DNA of 64,000 nt from the human T2T-CHM13v2.0 reference genome, Homo sapiens, in assembly GCF_009914755.1 (NCBI RefSeq), contig NC_060936.1; one strand, given 5' to 3'. Below the pieces are notes generated by a model. The model was not told where the DNA came from. It did not search any database and saw only the letters and a list, made by a program, of their open reading frames with translations. Every line of letters starts with the position of its first letter. The first letter of the stretch is position 1. The translations under genes and the position numbers were made by a program. Below are positions 27,849 through 41,425 of this stretch, in pieces.

Positions 27849-28278
27849 TGTATTAGGCTATTCTTGCATTGCTATAAAAATATCTGAGACTGGGTAATTT
27901 ATAAAGAAAAAAGGCTTAATTGGCTTACGGTTCTGCAGTTTTTACAAGCATAATGCTGACACTGCTCAGCTTCCGCGGAAGCTTAGGGAGCTTTTATGTA
28001 TGTTGGAAGGTGAAGTGGAGTGGGAGCAGGCATGTCACATGGAGAAAGCAGGAAAGAGAAAGAGAGAGAGAGAGAGAGAAAGTGCTGCACACTTTGAAAA
28101 GACCAGATCTCCTGAGAACTCACTCAGGTGCAAGGAGACCATCAAGAGGATGATGCTAAACCATTCATGAGAGATTTGCTCCCATGATGTAATCACCTCC
28201 CACCAGGCCCCACCTCCAACAAAGGGGATTACAATGCGACATGAGATTTGGGCAGGGACACACATCCAAACTACATCA
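27849..28278 (-). mobile_element. MST (MaLR) LTR
   Basis: tgtattaggctattcttgcattgctataa start, ccaaactacatca end. Confidence 0.85.
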
Positions 28279-28640
28279 TTGAGTTTTTTGCTGATTGAAA
28301 TATCCCATGAAGATTATGCCTCTTTTCTATATATTGAATTATTTTACATAAATAACTAAAGTGTATATAGCACCTCAGAATTGAACAAGATACTTTCAGA
28401 GCATTGACTATGAGGAGTAATTATTACAGAGCATCTGCTATATACAGAAAAATGGATATGGATACATACACCCTTTAGCATATAAGCATATGAAAACAAT
28501 TTGATATGTATAAGCTATTATAAAACTAAGGGTTTTACTCTACATGGGATTTTTTTCTAAGTTATAGTAACTCTGTTTTCTGCTTTCTCATATAGTATAT
28601 ACTTTTTAATGTATTTTGAAGGAATGAACTTTCTTGGAAA

Positions 28641-29638
28641 CCATTGTGTTTATTCTACTTTTATTTCACATATATAAAAACAGCTTATAATTGTACTGAA
28701 CACAAAATACAAACAAATACATTTTATTGCACATAAAAATATTTTAAATGAAGTATTGAAGTATTGCACGTAATAGAATTGATTTAGGAAAGTCACAAAC
28801 CTATTATAAGACTAGTATTATTCTAGGTCTGAAGATTACAGAATATTTCCTAATAGAGATTTGCCACATCACATATTGCACATTTTCCAACACTATTCTA
28901 TGTCTTGCAAATATTCCTCATAGTCTTTGCTTATGTCTTTTCTCTGTAAGACACTGTATAAAAGATTATAAAGGCAAAGAAATATGTACCATCGAAAAGG
29001 ACCTGTCTACAGCTGAGGAAGTAAAAAAATAAATACACGATCATCCCATTCTTTTTGGGGAAAAATAACAAAGTAAATTGGCAAATTTCTCTAAAAAGAG
29101 AGAAATATTACAAATCTTAGTTTCATAAGCATTTGTCCATTTATAAATGCTCCCTGAGTTTAAGGGATTCAATTAGACTAAAAACCTATGTTACCAGCCA
29201 TAATTCCTTTGTTTACATTCAGTATCTAGTACCAACATCTAACTCCTTCCAATAGTGCAAATGCATGAAGGGCTCTCACTGTTGGTAGTCATTCAGCAAT
29301 AAATAGTAAGTCCACGCCTAGTTATTTCATTATTTCTGGATTCAAAATAATATAAAGTGCATCCAAAGGTTGCATAGTCATTCTTCTCATTCTTGGGCAT
29401 GGTTATTGGTCAACCTGTGATGCTTCTAGCTCATGGCAATAAAAGCCCACAGTGCAGATTTTCCTGGAATTTCTTCCTTTTTTTCCATAGTTCTGTTTGG
29501 AAGAAAATTCCCAAGACACTATAAAATTTTTTTTCACAAAGTCTCTATGGAAGACTTCGGACCACAGAGCAGCATCCACTGACACAGATTTCCTTGAGTT
29601 CCATTCTATAATAGTCAATAAGTGAACATGTTTCCTTA
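28641..29638 (-). other. CD69: CD69 3'UTR (AU-rich, many miRNA seed sites)
   Basis: AT-rich with scattered ATTTA pentamers on the minus strand; ends just past tandem AATAAA hexamers. Confidence 0.9.
28649..28665 (-). terminator. CD69: CD69 polyadenylation signals (two AATAAA)
   Basis: tttatt on + at 28649-28654 and 28660-28665; a further AATAAA at 28723-28728. Confidence 0.85.
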
Positions 29639-29747
29639 TTATTTGTAAGGTTTGTTACATATCCAGTATAAATTCTTCTCACATTCCATGCTGCTGACCT
29701 CTGTGTTTTTCAGAAAAACACACTTGTCAGACCCTGTAACGTTGAAC
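29639..29747 (-). CDS. CD69: CD69 exon 5 coding part (FNVTGSDKCVFLKNTEVSSMECEKNLYWICNKPYK*)
   Basis: 109 nt ending in TAA at 29641-29639; exons sum to 64+123+200+104+109=600 nt (199 aa). Confidence 0.98.
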
Positions 29748-30743
29748 CTGTCAAACAATAAAAAAACTTAGAATTATTTTCAGCTCATTGTTTTCATTCA
29801 GTTACATGAGAATGAACTCGGAGATGGTGACCTCTGCTTCTTTTAAATTCTTAGTGGGATACACAAGTCAAATAATCATAGACTAATCTGTAGAGACAAT
29901 GGACAAGAATTGAAAAAAAATAGGATGTGGAGAAAAAATATGGAAGTAAGAGGAAAGCACGCCATTCATTTGGTTGGCATGGCACCAGATAAGTGATTCT
30001 TGGTCATTTCTGAGTTCATAGATTTTTCAATAAATAATTTCACAAAATTATATGCATTCAACAGCCATGCATACTAGTGCATACAGCTTTAAGGGGTTTA
30101 TGGCTCCTGAAGCCCATCTGTGGATATGGAGCCATAGGACAAATATTAGGAATCCCTTTTCTAGAAACCTGAATTTTAATCTCGATACTTTATCAGTATT
30201 ATGATCAACAGCAAACTTATAAAATGATCTTCAAACATTAAATGTATTTTAACTAAAGGTAATGAAAATAGAGTATCTAATTCTGGGGCAAATTTTCTTT
30301 CAGGTGTATAGAAACTCATAATTAGGCATTGAAACTATTCTTTATTCTGTGGAGATGAAAACTGAGAAATAGTAAGAAGGATTTATTTTCCAGCAACTGT
30401 CTTATTAGTAAAGACTAAATGTGACATTGAAAATGGGTTTTTGTTGCATCATCATAATTATTATTGAAATATTTCCAAATTAACCAGATCTACTACTCAC
30501 ATTAGAGTTTGCTGAGAAAAATTACTATAAGCATTTATTTTATGTATTATAAGTGTGGATAAAGAAAAAGAATAATAATAAAGCCTGTTATTAAAGAATT
30601 CCAGAGTATACGCATTCAGAAGAGATTGTTAGAGCTCTTGAAGAGCTCAGCCTTTATATTTAAAGTGCTTTGAAAGGAGAAAAGGAAAGTGATTTTCCTG
30701 AGATGCCACCCTGGGGAATATAAAGAGACTTCTGGAGACTTAC

Positions 30744-30847
30744 CAGTTGTTAAATTCTTTGCCATTTGACCACTTCCATGGGTGACCAGGTTCCTTTTTC
30801 AGTCCAACCCAGTGTTCCTCTCTACCTGCGTATCGTTTTAGAAAGTT
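30744..30847 (-). CDS. CD69: CD69 exon 4 (NFLKRYAGREEHWVGLKKEPGHPWKWSNGKEFNNW)
   Basis: 104 nt; AG at 30849-30848, GTAAGT donor; WVGL motif of the CTLD. Confidence 0.98.
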
Positions 30848-31218
30848 CTTAAAGAAAGCACAAAGGAGTTTGTTACATTAAACACCCTTCTGGGGAAGTA
30901 GATAGTAAATCCTGTTTCTCAAAAGCTGCAACTTGAGGCATGACAGCTTATCTGACCATGTACTCATTCTATATAGGATCAGCATATTTGGATTTCTGGT
31001 CTTTGAAGCTAAGCAATCAAATCAAATTTAAAAGATTAAATTAAATCTCATTTTGACCTCAGGCTGATCATATGGTTCTCTGGGATGACATTTTCCTACA
31101 TCTGAAATAGGTACAATGTTTGTTTGTTTGTTTGTTTTCTCCACTTAGAAACGGAAGGAAAGCACTGATTAGCCATATGAATTAAAATAGTAGTATTTTA
31201 TCTTTTTTTTATTCTTAC

Positions 31219-31418
31219 CATGTCCTTTTCAGAATCAATGACAGCAAGAGTAGCACCATGTTCAGAACAAGCATTTTGGGCTGAAGTCCAGCTCCTCTTC
31301 ACAGTAGAAATAAAGTAGCATTTCCTCTGGTAGCCAACCCAGTCCTCAGAGCATGAAGAAACATGGCTGTCTGATGGCATTGAGAATGTGTATTGGCCTG
31401 GACAATTGTATTGGCCCA
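31219..31418 (-). CDS. CD69: CD69 exon 3, neck and start of the C-type lectin-like domain (VGQYNCPGQY..CSEDWVGYQRKCYF..SEKDM)
   Basis: 200 nt; AG and GTAAG boundaries; seen in ORF 31198..31617. Confidence 0.98.
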
Positions 31419-32453
31419 CTGTGAACAGAAAAATGCTTTGTTTTAGTAACAAAAGAAACCAAATACCCACAGCATGCAAAACTAGCCTTAGGATGCTATG
31501 TTGTGCTAGGTGGTGATAAAGTAAAGGATAAAAGCTAAAAAGTAGAATTCTGAAAAGGGTATGAAGAAAGAAAGTTCTCAGGACCATATCTGATCTTCCA
31601 TTGTGCCTAATCATCATTGGATGGAGATATGAGGATGAGGGGATGTACTTTTGGTCATAATGTCAGAAAATGACAGAAATATAGAACAATTCTGAAAATT
31701 TGGACTAGATATTTCTTTGGACTAGAAAGGATAAAGTGCATTATACATTTCAAATAAGGTTTTGAATCTGAATGCAGAGGCGGAAGAATTTGAAGATGCA
31801 GTATTTATAGCACTAGGCTGGAAAGATGGAGAGAGTAACTAACTTTTAGGGAACCAATTCAAAATACAGAAAGACATATGACTCAGAATATCTCAAAACA
31901 ATGGTAAACATTCCCATTTGTAAAAGATACAAATATATCTTGGTATAGCTGGAGGTATTGAATACCAAATCACTACTGACTCTCTGGGAACTTTTAAATA
32001 TAATCTTAATTATTCAGAACTACCATTCTGTGTCCTTTGAGATAAAACACAAAAGACTGGCCACTTCCTGATTAATCTATGGCTTTAGATACGATTTTTT
32101 TCCATAATCAATGAATGTGAAGTTCACATTTTTTTCTAGCTAAATAGGTATTTATTCAGAATTCAAATCAGCTCCCTTCATTCTAGATGTAAACATCTTT
32201 TCAAATGCAATTTTATTCTACAGTAATATATAAATCATAGATACTTTTAATACTTATAAAAGTATTACATTAATTATTCAAGGATTGTGGAATTATGTTT
32301 AGTATTGATTAGGAAATTGGCCATATATGGTACATGGGATGATTCTGAATTAGCTAGTTTCTGATTAACTAGACTAAACTAATATTGATTTCAGCTGGGC
32401 ATGAATGCTTACAGCTAGGAGGCTTTGAAAGAATTGATGAAGTGTAGACCCAC

Positions 32454-32576
32454 CTGATAAGGCAATGAGAGCTATGATTAAAATGGTGATGAAGACCACA
32501 TTCATTACAGCACACAGGACAGGAACTTGGAAGGACCCTTCATGACGTGTTGAGAAATGGGGACTGGTGGCATCAT
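32454..32576 (-). CDS. CD69: CD69 exon 2, transmembrane segment (..VPVLCAVMNVVFITILIIALIALS)
   Basis: 123 nt; AG acceptor at 32578-32577, GT donor at 32453-32452; phase 1-1; seen in ORF 32374..32655. Confidence 0.98.
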
Positions 32577-32950
32577 CTGGAAGGGAGAAAGTTGATGATG
32601 AGTTCAGGCAGACTATAGAAGTACTATAGGAATATGCAACATTCTTTTGAGGCATTTAAACTTAATATTTCCTATCTCATTATATGAAATTTCCCCGTCT
32701 CTTTATAGAAATTTCTAAGTTAATTTACCCCCAATTTTGAGTGAATTTGAATAGTTTATTGTTGGCTTGAAATGAAACAATTCAAGCATAATGATGAGAT
32801 TATAAAGTGTCTCCCCAAAATATTTACCTGACACATATGATTTATACACTTAGTAACTATGAAAATTCTAAGTATATAATCAGTTTGTTTTAATGATGAT
32901 AAGAACGTTTATTAAATATGCACATGCCCCAGAAGACACATAAAAAAATT

Positions 32951-33265
32951 CTAGGGCATGGTGGCTCACACCTGTAATCTCAGCATTTTGGGAGGCCGAG
33001 GTGAGTGGATTGATCACCTGAGCTCAGGAGTTCAAGACCATCATGAGCAACATGGTGAAACCCTGTCTCCACCAAAAATACAAAAAATTAGCTGGTCATG
33101 GTGGCACGCACTTGTGTTCCCAGCTACTTGGGAGTCTGAAGTGGGAGGATCGCTTTAGCCTGGGAGGCAGAGGTTGCTGTGAGCGGAGATTGCACCACTG
33201 CACTCTAACCTGAGTGACAGAGTGAGACCTTGTCTAAAAAAATAAATAAATAAATAAATAAAAAA
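32951..33265 (+). mobile_element. AluJ in CD69 intron 1
   Basis: Alu body with (AAAT)n tail; aaattctag flanks. Confidence 0.93.
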
Positions 33266-33379
33266 TTCTAGCATAATTCCTTAATCTCCTTGTAGTTACT
33301 GTTTGAGAGAAATGATGTGAATGGGATAAATATGGATAATATCATAAAGTAAAATATTGAATTGCTATATAAATATCTG

Positions 33380-34075
33380 ACATTAAAATGACTGAACAAA
33401 ATTTTAAACGTGACAGTATTTTTTGGTGAAGTTGCTGCAGATGTGGAGCAACTGGAATTTTCAGATATTATTGGTGGGAGAGTAAATTGGAAAAACACTT
33501 TGGAAACTGTTTCTTATAAAATTAAATATATGCCTTTTCTATGGCCCAACAAACCTATTCCTATGTATATCCTCAAGAAAAATGAAAATATGTTCTCAAA
33601 ATGCCTTGTGCAAGAATGCTCCTAGCAGCTTTATTCTTAAGAGCCAAATTCCAGAAATAATCCAAATATCCACCAACAGGAAAATAAGTGAACAAATTAT
33701 GGTATATCCATACAAGGGAATTCCGCTCAGCAATTCAAAATAAGACAACTGATACATGCAACAAAATGAAGGAATCTCCAAAAAAAATGTTGAGTGAAAA
33801 AAAATCCAGCCACAGAAGATTGTATACTACATATTTGCATTTACATGACGTTAAATAATAGTTGGTCTAAGCTCTGGTGTCAAAAATCAGAACAGTAGTT
33901 GCCTTTGTGTGTGTAGGAAAGGTAATTTAACTGGAATGGGACACAGGGCAAACTGTCTAGGGTGATGGAAAGATTCAAATGTTGCTGGTCTTGTGGTTAT
34001 ACCACTGTCATAAGTCGTTAAACTGTATACCTACGAGCTGTGCATTCATTGTATGTGAACTAAACCTCAATTTAA
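33380..34075 (+). mobile_element. Old L1 (L1MC/MD/ME) 3' end in CD69 intron 1
   Basis: gatgtggagcaactggaa..gtaaattgg..cagctttattc..tggtatatccataca pattern. Confidence 0.75.
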
Positions 34076-34649
34076 AATGATATGTGAATGAACAGTAAAA
34101 ATTTGAATTTTTCAAAAGATGTTAAAATAATAGAGGAAATGTAACAGTATTATAGACCAAATATTCAGCGAAAGTTATTTCATTTACCCTCTGTACAATG
34201 GTGAAACAAAGTAAAAGCCTTTTTTTTTTTCCAACAAGCAGTGTTTCTATGGAAGGATTTAGAATAAAAATATGATGTTAACGATAACTGATAGTTACAA
34301 AAAACTCTAAGAGGATGTCTGTTCTACACTCTAAGTAAATAACTGAGGAAGGAGAAAAGAGAATTTTGCGACTTAGATTTTGGATTTTAATTTTGCAGGA
34401 TGAGCTGTCAGGAGTCTTAAAATGCGGCCCCACAAGGAGTATACAGGTCCCTATTATGTTCTCAAAAACCAAAATGTAAAATGGCTGCTTAAGTAACTGA
34501 CAATGCAAAACAGTTTCAAAATAGAAAACATTCTATTTTTCAATATGGATGATTTTCATAACTTAAAAAAGTTTACATAAGACATATCTTGAAATACACA
34601 TATTTTTACCCTTAAAACATTTATCTAAAGGTAAACTGGACCAAGAGAT

Positions 34650-35060
34650 GTTGCCTTTTTTTCACAGTAATTTACTGGGTACTGGTGTCCACATCAACTT
34701 TTGCTTTATCTGGAAGTTATTTTTCCCATCACAGATCGGCACTCAGATTTTGCAAGAGAAGCCTTTACTTCACTGCCGTCTAGCTCGATTTTCTCAGCTT
34801 CTCAAAGCAAATTTTTCTTTGTTCACCGGTATAGAATCATCATTGGAAGCCGCCTTTGCTACCCAAGGTACCAAGTTCGGAGCTCTGTCTGGTTTCACTT
34901 CACATTATGTGAGTCAGTCGTGCTGCTTGAACTCAGTATTGCAACAGCTCTGTCTCCTCAGTGAGCACTAACACACCCCAGTGACCCGTGGGTTCCAGAG
35001 TCTCAGTCAGCCCATCGGCTCAACGAGGGAGTAAGCTTTGGGATGACTCTCAGATGATAC
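34650..35060. promoter_or_regulatory. Candidate CD69 intron-1 regulatory element
   Basis: Unique sequence with locally higher CpG; AP-1 tgagtca 34910-34916; IRF-like ggtttcacttc 34891-34901; octamer atttgcat nearby at 35721-35728. Confidence 0.45.
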
Positions 35061-35088
35061 TTTATTCCCATTAATGAGGGCTACTGTT

Positions 35089-35361
35089 TTATTTATTTAT
35101 TTTTTGAGACGGAGTCTCGCTCTGTCGTCCAGGCTGGAGTGCAGTGGCGATCTCGGCTCACTGCAAGCTCCACCTCCCGGGTTCACGCCATTCTCCTGCC
35201 TCAGCCTCCTAAGTAGCTGGGAGTACAGGCGCCCACCACCATGCCCAGCTAACTTTTTGTATTTTTAGTACAGACGGGGTTTCATCGTGTTAGCCGGGAT
35301 GGTCTCCATCTCCTGACCTCGTGATCCGCCCACCTCGGCCTCCCAAAGTGCTGGGATTACA
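35089..35361 (-). mobile_element. AluY, 5'-truncated, in CD69 intron 1
   Basis: AluY diagnostics; TSD tgagggctaytgtt. Confidence 0.93.
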
Positions 35362-36912
35362 ATTGAGGGCTATTGTTACCCACAGCTTGACTTATCTCCT
35401 AGGTGACAAAACATTTCCCTCAACAGCACACTTTTGCTTTGATTTCAGGTCCTGCACATTAATGGAGAAGTTGAAAATCAACTCAATTTGCTACTAATTG
35501 AATCACCCAAGGATAACGTCCAAGGATGACTAGGGCAGCCTAAATCAGACATTCAAAAGAAAGTTGAAACAGTATCAGGAAAAGTTAAAAATTTCTGTAT
35601 TAGGTCCTTCTTTCACCTATGCTCTCTATTTATTGAGTAGTTATTATTATTATTATTATTATTATTTCTTTTTGGCGGCACACCTGTGCCGTAAGTAATG
35701 GCTCGCCTGATTACCTGAAAATTTGCATGCTTTGCATTTGTAATCCACACTATATTTTATGTTCTTAAACACAGGATGGATTTATGAGAAGTAACTGATG
35801 TTTTTCGGAAGTAAACTAATATAGTAGACACACGCTTAGAAAATAATCCCTTTCCACAAGATTGTTTTAGTTCTCCTGTTTCTTACATATCCCTTTGTTA
35901 ATAGATCGCTCTTGCTGACAAGTAGACTAATTCCTAAGTGCTAGTGCTTTAGGGTACCTCATTAACTAAGGAGAAAGAGGGATAAATAGAAAAACTCAAC
36001 AAATTTTACAGAAGTAAGGTATAGAAAAACAATAGGCAAAATCCCAGTAACAGGAAATAAGCTAGATATGTGGATAGAATAGACAAATAGAAGAGAGGAA
36101 AATTTCTAAGATGATTATATTTTGCTGAGAGACAAAGGAAAGGAAGAACAAATTCTAAGTTACATAGTCTTTGAAGCCAGAGATTGGAAAGGTTAAATAG
36201 AAGGATGAAATAGAGGAAAAGAGTCCTATAAAGAATACCAAAGCAGGAGATTGCATTTTCGGGAATTCTTTTGTGACTTTTTTTTTTAGCAAATTACAAA
36301 TGGACACTGTAAATTTTCATCTGCTGATATAGCTATTCTCTCAAAGATGGCAAACTTGCCCATTTCCAGCAACTAGAGGATGCTGTCATGAGAACACAGG
36401 ATAAGGTACACTGAAAGCAGACACTGAATGCAAAGGAAGGCAAACAATGTAATTGCTTATGTGGAAAACAGAATTTTTCATAAAGAGAGACAACACTTCC
36501 TGGAGAATGTACAGATGGATATGAAAAAAATGATGGAGAATAACTGGGCTAGAGCAGAAAGTTTTCTAATTAAATCTAAACACTGAGATGATATAAACTA
36601 AAGCAAAGAGAAAGATCTTTAAAGATCTTCTGAAATTCATTTTTGCGGCTTTCTCTCATCTCAGGTATTCTATCTTCTTATAGATAAAAAGGGGTTTACC
36701 TCTTCCCTGAAGAAGAACCTGTCTTCTCTAAAAGACAAAGCCTCACTTCCTTCCCTAACAACCATTAGATATCACATACATAGAGATTAGCAGTATATTT
36801 CTCTAAGATTATATATCATATATAGAGAGATTACCAGTATATCTTGTATAACTACTATTAATGTCATATATAGAGATACCAGAGAGTAAATAGGCAATCA
36901 GATCTGACTTAC

Positions 36913-36976
36913 TTTCTTGTCCACTCTCCGGATGCAAAGAGCTGTTCTCTGCTACGAAACAATTTTCAGAGCTCAT
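36913..36976 (-). CDS. CD69: CD69 coding exon 1 (MSSENCFVAENSSLHPESGQE+1 nt), cytoplasmic tail
   Basis: ATG at 36976-36974; 64 nt coding; GTAAGT donor at 36912-36907; translation matches the known CD69 N-terminus. Confidence 0.98.
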
Positions 36977-37056
36977 CTTTATTCTCAAGATTCCCTAGTT
37001 AATCTCAGGTCAAGTCAAGCTACAGTGAAAGTCTTTGCTGGAGCTCTTGTTGAGTC

Positions 37057-37430
37057 TGTGAGGCTCTGAGGCATCTCAGAGTTTATACTCCCTGATGATG
37101 TCTCCGCCCCCTTCCTCTTGCCGCCTACTTGCTTGACTACATTGTTTCTCTTTAATTTATGCTCCAGTGGACCAGACAATGTATAGTGTGTTGTTGTGGT
37201 GAAGTATGGGTTTTCCCTGTTGTCTGAAATGTGCTTTCTCACAACTGTAAGGTGTAGCAGGAGGAAAGTGGGATTTTCCCAGACTCTGAGACATCCTGCC
37301 TTAAATTTCTAGAAAACATAAACAGTTTAGGAGACAGCATAATCTAAGTAAAGAATTAAAAGTTAGAGGTTCCTGTCTTTGAGATGAAGATAATTTGGAG
37401 AAGGAGAGTGTAGTATTTTCCAGGAATCCC
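37057..37430 (-). promoter_or_regulatory. CD69: CD69 proximal promoter
   Basis: TSS about 37057 (81-nt 5'UTR, recalled); AP-1-like TGCCTCA 37067-37073; TATAAA 37082-37087; GC box GGGGGCGGAG 37102-37111; NF-kB-like sites 37208-37217, 37270-37280, 37421-37430. Confidence 0.9.
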
Positions 37431-38199
37431 GTTTATCGATTTATGCATACATTTAACTGATATTTACTGAACACCCCCTATGCACCTGACACTGTCTGGG
37501 GCCCCAGGATTTATTGCTGAACATGAATTTTAAGATCTCTATGCTCATGGATCTCTCTCCAGCTTGAAAGGGTTTTATTTAGAAAGCTACGAATTGGTTT
37601 TTGGAAGTGTGTCATTCGCTTCTTCCCTGGTGACTAGATGTATCACGTAGTAAGAAGTAAGAATGCAGGAAACAGAAAGCTTGTGGTCTGGAACTTCCTT
37701 GCTATGCTCTAAAATTGTTTATCTTAAATTATCTGTTTCATTTGTTTCCTGCTAATTTTCTTGTCACATTTTACTGTCATTTAGACTGCTTTTATGTCAC
37801 CTCAGTAACAGCTCCTTCAATTCTCCCCCTGTGCTCTAGGTTATTCTCTTCAGATACCTCTGAGACTTCAGTCTTTTGAGGTATGATTATTATTTAAAAC
37901 ATCGCTGTGGTATCAGTCTCACTCAGACAAGTAATGACAGTCAACGCAAGATGAATGCAGAAAGCTATGTATGGTGATTTAAGGAGGGAAATCAAAATAC
38001 CACTCTGATTAATAATCTTGGTGCCCCAAATTTTATTATTAATATCACTTATTTAGAATAAAGACGTTAAATTTTATGCATAGGTGGGTTGGAAGTTATC
38101 ATCTAGAGAAGTTAGTTGGACCATTAGATGCATTTGTCTACCTAAGACACAAAGAGGTACATGTTGGCCCTAAAAGCTCCCTTTGCTTCCATCCTATTT

Positions 38200-38800
38200 T
38201 TCAGTCAATTTCTTAGTCCCTTTTCCACATAGCAGCTAGAACCATTGTTTTATAATTAATTCATATGATTTTGGTGAAGTGTTTAACTCCTCCCCCCACT
38301 GCACTTTGAAAGGCTTCCTATCAAATGTACCGTAAAATCCAAAGACCTAATAGTTGAGAATGCTTTATACATAATATGGCCCCTGGTTACCTCTCTTATC
38401 ATTTTTCCTATTATTCAGTATCCTCTCTGACAGAAACCTCCTCCTTAAAAATGCCAAGCATCCTACCACTACAGGGCTTTTACTTTTTCTCTAAAAGATT
38501 CTTTTTCCATCTCCCTGCATGTCTCGCTCTCCCTTTAACCGACTCACTCTTCAGCTGCCACCTGCTCAGAGAAATTGTCAGTTGCTATTATATGTAAAAT
38601 AGAACCTCACACTCTGTGCCTGTACAGATTGCTGTCAATATCTGATATTATATCATGGTTTATTATCTGTTTCCCTTACTAGACTGTAAGCTGCTTGAGG
38701 GCAAGGGCTTTGACTTGTCTCCTCTGTGCCTCTAACACCTGCCGTAGTAACTGGAATCTAGTATGTATTCCATGCCCTTACTGAATGCGTGAATGAATGA
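38200..38800. mobile_element. L2 fragment
   Basis: tactagactgtaagctgcttgagggcaagg..gaatgaatga L2 3' end. Confidence 0.7.
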
Positions 38801-39655
38801 AAAATATGTATAAAACTCTAAAAGTTCTAAAATATGGAGTGCTATTTATTGGGGTTCGTAGGATTGTTTGGTTGAGAAGTGTATGACCTTAGGCTGCTAC
38901 ATGCAAAGAACCAGGTAATACATAGGAATGGATGTGAGGTCATTTATATAGGTCATCAGGCATGGTCTTGTTGAGGAGGTCATATGTGGAATTAAATAAA
39001 AATGGGAGGAAAGAGTTAACCATTGAAAATTTGAGAACAGAAAGAACAAGAACAAGAACACACTCTATAAAATAAAAAGAAGTTTAGCTTCTTTAAGGAA
39101 AAGAATGAAGGTAAGTGCAGTAAGCCAGTAGTGCTTCAGGAAATTGACCATACAAGTCCACTGAGCTTTGGCTTTGTTATCTGTAAACTAAAAATATAAC
39201 ATCCAATTTATAATGTTTCTATGAAGAAAAATTATGAATTCTAAATTTTTTTAATATAGTATTTGGTACATATTATGCCTTCAATTATATGGAAGGGAGT
39301 GACAGTTTGGTACACGTCATGAAAAGAGAAAGTTCCTCATTTGATGTAAGGCATTCAGAGATAATAACTGAGAAGTCACAGCATAATTGCTGATGTAATG
39401 TAATGTGTCTCTTCTCCGTCTGAGAAAGAGACAGAGGAAACTGCAGTCTCCTACAACCACCTCTAGCAGTTTTCATGGTACTAAGACTCATTTGCTCAAG
39501 GTTTCTTGCTTCTTCAACCATAATCAAGTTAATGGATGTGTGTATACACACACACATCTAGTGTGCACACGTTTTTATATATATGTTACGTATAATATAT
39601 ATTTACATATATGCCCTAAGCCACAGAAAAATGATACCTAGAAATCTTATTTTGA

Positions 39656-40291
<636 letters not shown>

Positions 40292-41014
40292 TAAGTGTGA
40301 GAAATCTCTTTTAATTTGAGAAAGCAATCAATTTAAACTCACAGTGAATAATGGTTGCTTGGCACTGTCCTAGCTGACACATGCTGTTAATTATTAACAA
40401 CATGTAATTATTAACACCACGCTATTTCAGTGATTATTAAGAGTATGCTATTTCACTTGTGACAATGTCCTCTTAGGTACAATAAACTATATGCCCACGG
40501 TACTAATCAATACTTGTTAAGCCAAAGAAACATATCTCTACACGTGAAATTCCAGAGAAAAACAAAGGAAAGTGTAGAGGGTCAAGATGCAGTGTGGGAG
40601 AGATTTGGGGGTCAGAGAGTTCTTCAGTACCCCCTTTTTTTTAATCAAAACATGGAAGCAAACTTCTTGTGGTTAGCCCTGATGGGTTTAGTTCTCTTAA
40701 AAAAAAAACACACATAAAGAAACAAACCTTGTGCAAGCAAACCCCTTTCAACCTCTTTATAAAACACAGATGGCAATAATATGTAACTTTCCATTTTAGG
40801 GAGACATTTTATGTGTCTTCTTTCATAAATGATATGTTAAAAAATTAAGTGATATTTTTAGGGCAGAAATTATCATTCACATTTCATCGTGTAGCTGAGA
40901 AAATAGTATAGCCGAGGCTTAGAGAAATTAGTGCGGGGACAAGGTTGGCAAAAGTCTTTCAGGACACCAAAACTCAATGCAGCTTTCCTTCCTGTGTGAC
41001 CTTATATGTAGAAT

Positions 41015-41425
41015 CCAGGGTGAGACGTCAGAAAGGAAGTAAAGATGAGGTAATATGAGCTAGATGCAAAGTGTGCAGAGAAGGTGGGGTACTCTGTGCT
41101 TATCAGACAGCTGCAGCAGCAGGATGCTTTTGGGTACATGTGAACAGGGACCACAGACTTCCGACCTAAGACAATTTCCGGAGACAAACTGCTCATCTCT
41201 CTTTTTTTTTTTTTCCTTTCAGTGGGTGAATTAGGTTTCTGAATGGCTTTTAATCTTCTTGTGAATCAAAACTTCAATTTAGAATACATCATCCTCTCTC
41301 AAATTAATGCAAATTACACAAATTGGTAAAATTTATTTTTAACCTGCAGGTGCCTTTGTGTTTTTGAATTGTTTACCGTAAAGGGTCAATGAAGGTAACC
41401 ATGAGTAAACGGGGGATTTCCAGTT
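41015..41425. promoter_or_regulatory. Upstream CD69 enhancer, probably the described conserved element CNS2 (about -4 kb)
   Basis: Non-repeat motif cluster: CRE gacgtca 41024-41030, ETS aggaagt 41034-41040, GATA 41099-41104, E-box 41108-41113, RUNX accaca 41150-41155, ETS acttccg 41157-41163 and atttccgg 41174-41181, octamer atgcaaat 41307-41314, NF-kB ggggatttcc 41412-41421. Confidence 0.7.

Noticed and set aside
34648-34971. 107-aa and 87-aa antisense ORFs in CD69 intron 1
   Set aside because: No recognisable homology; better explained as regulatory sequence.
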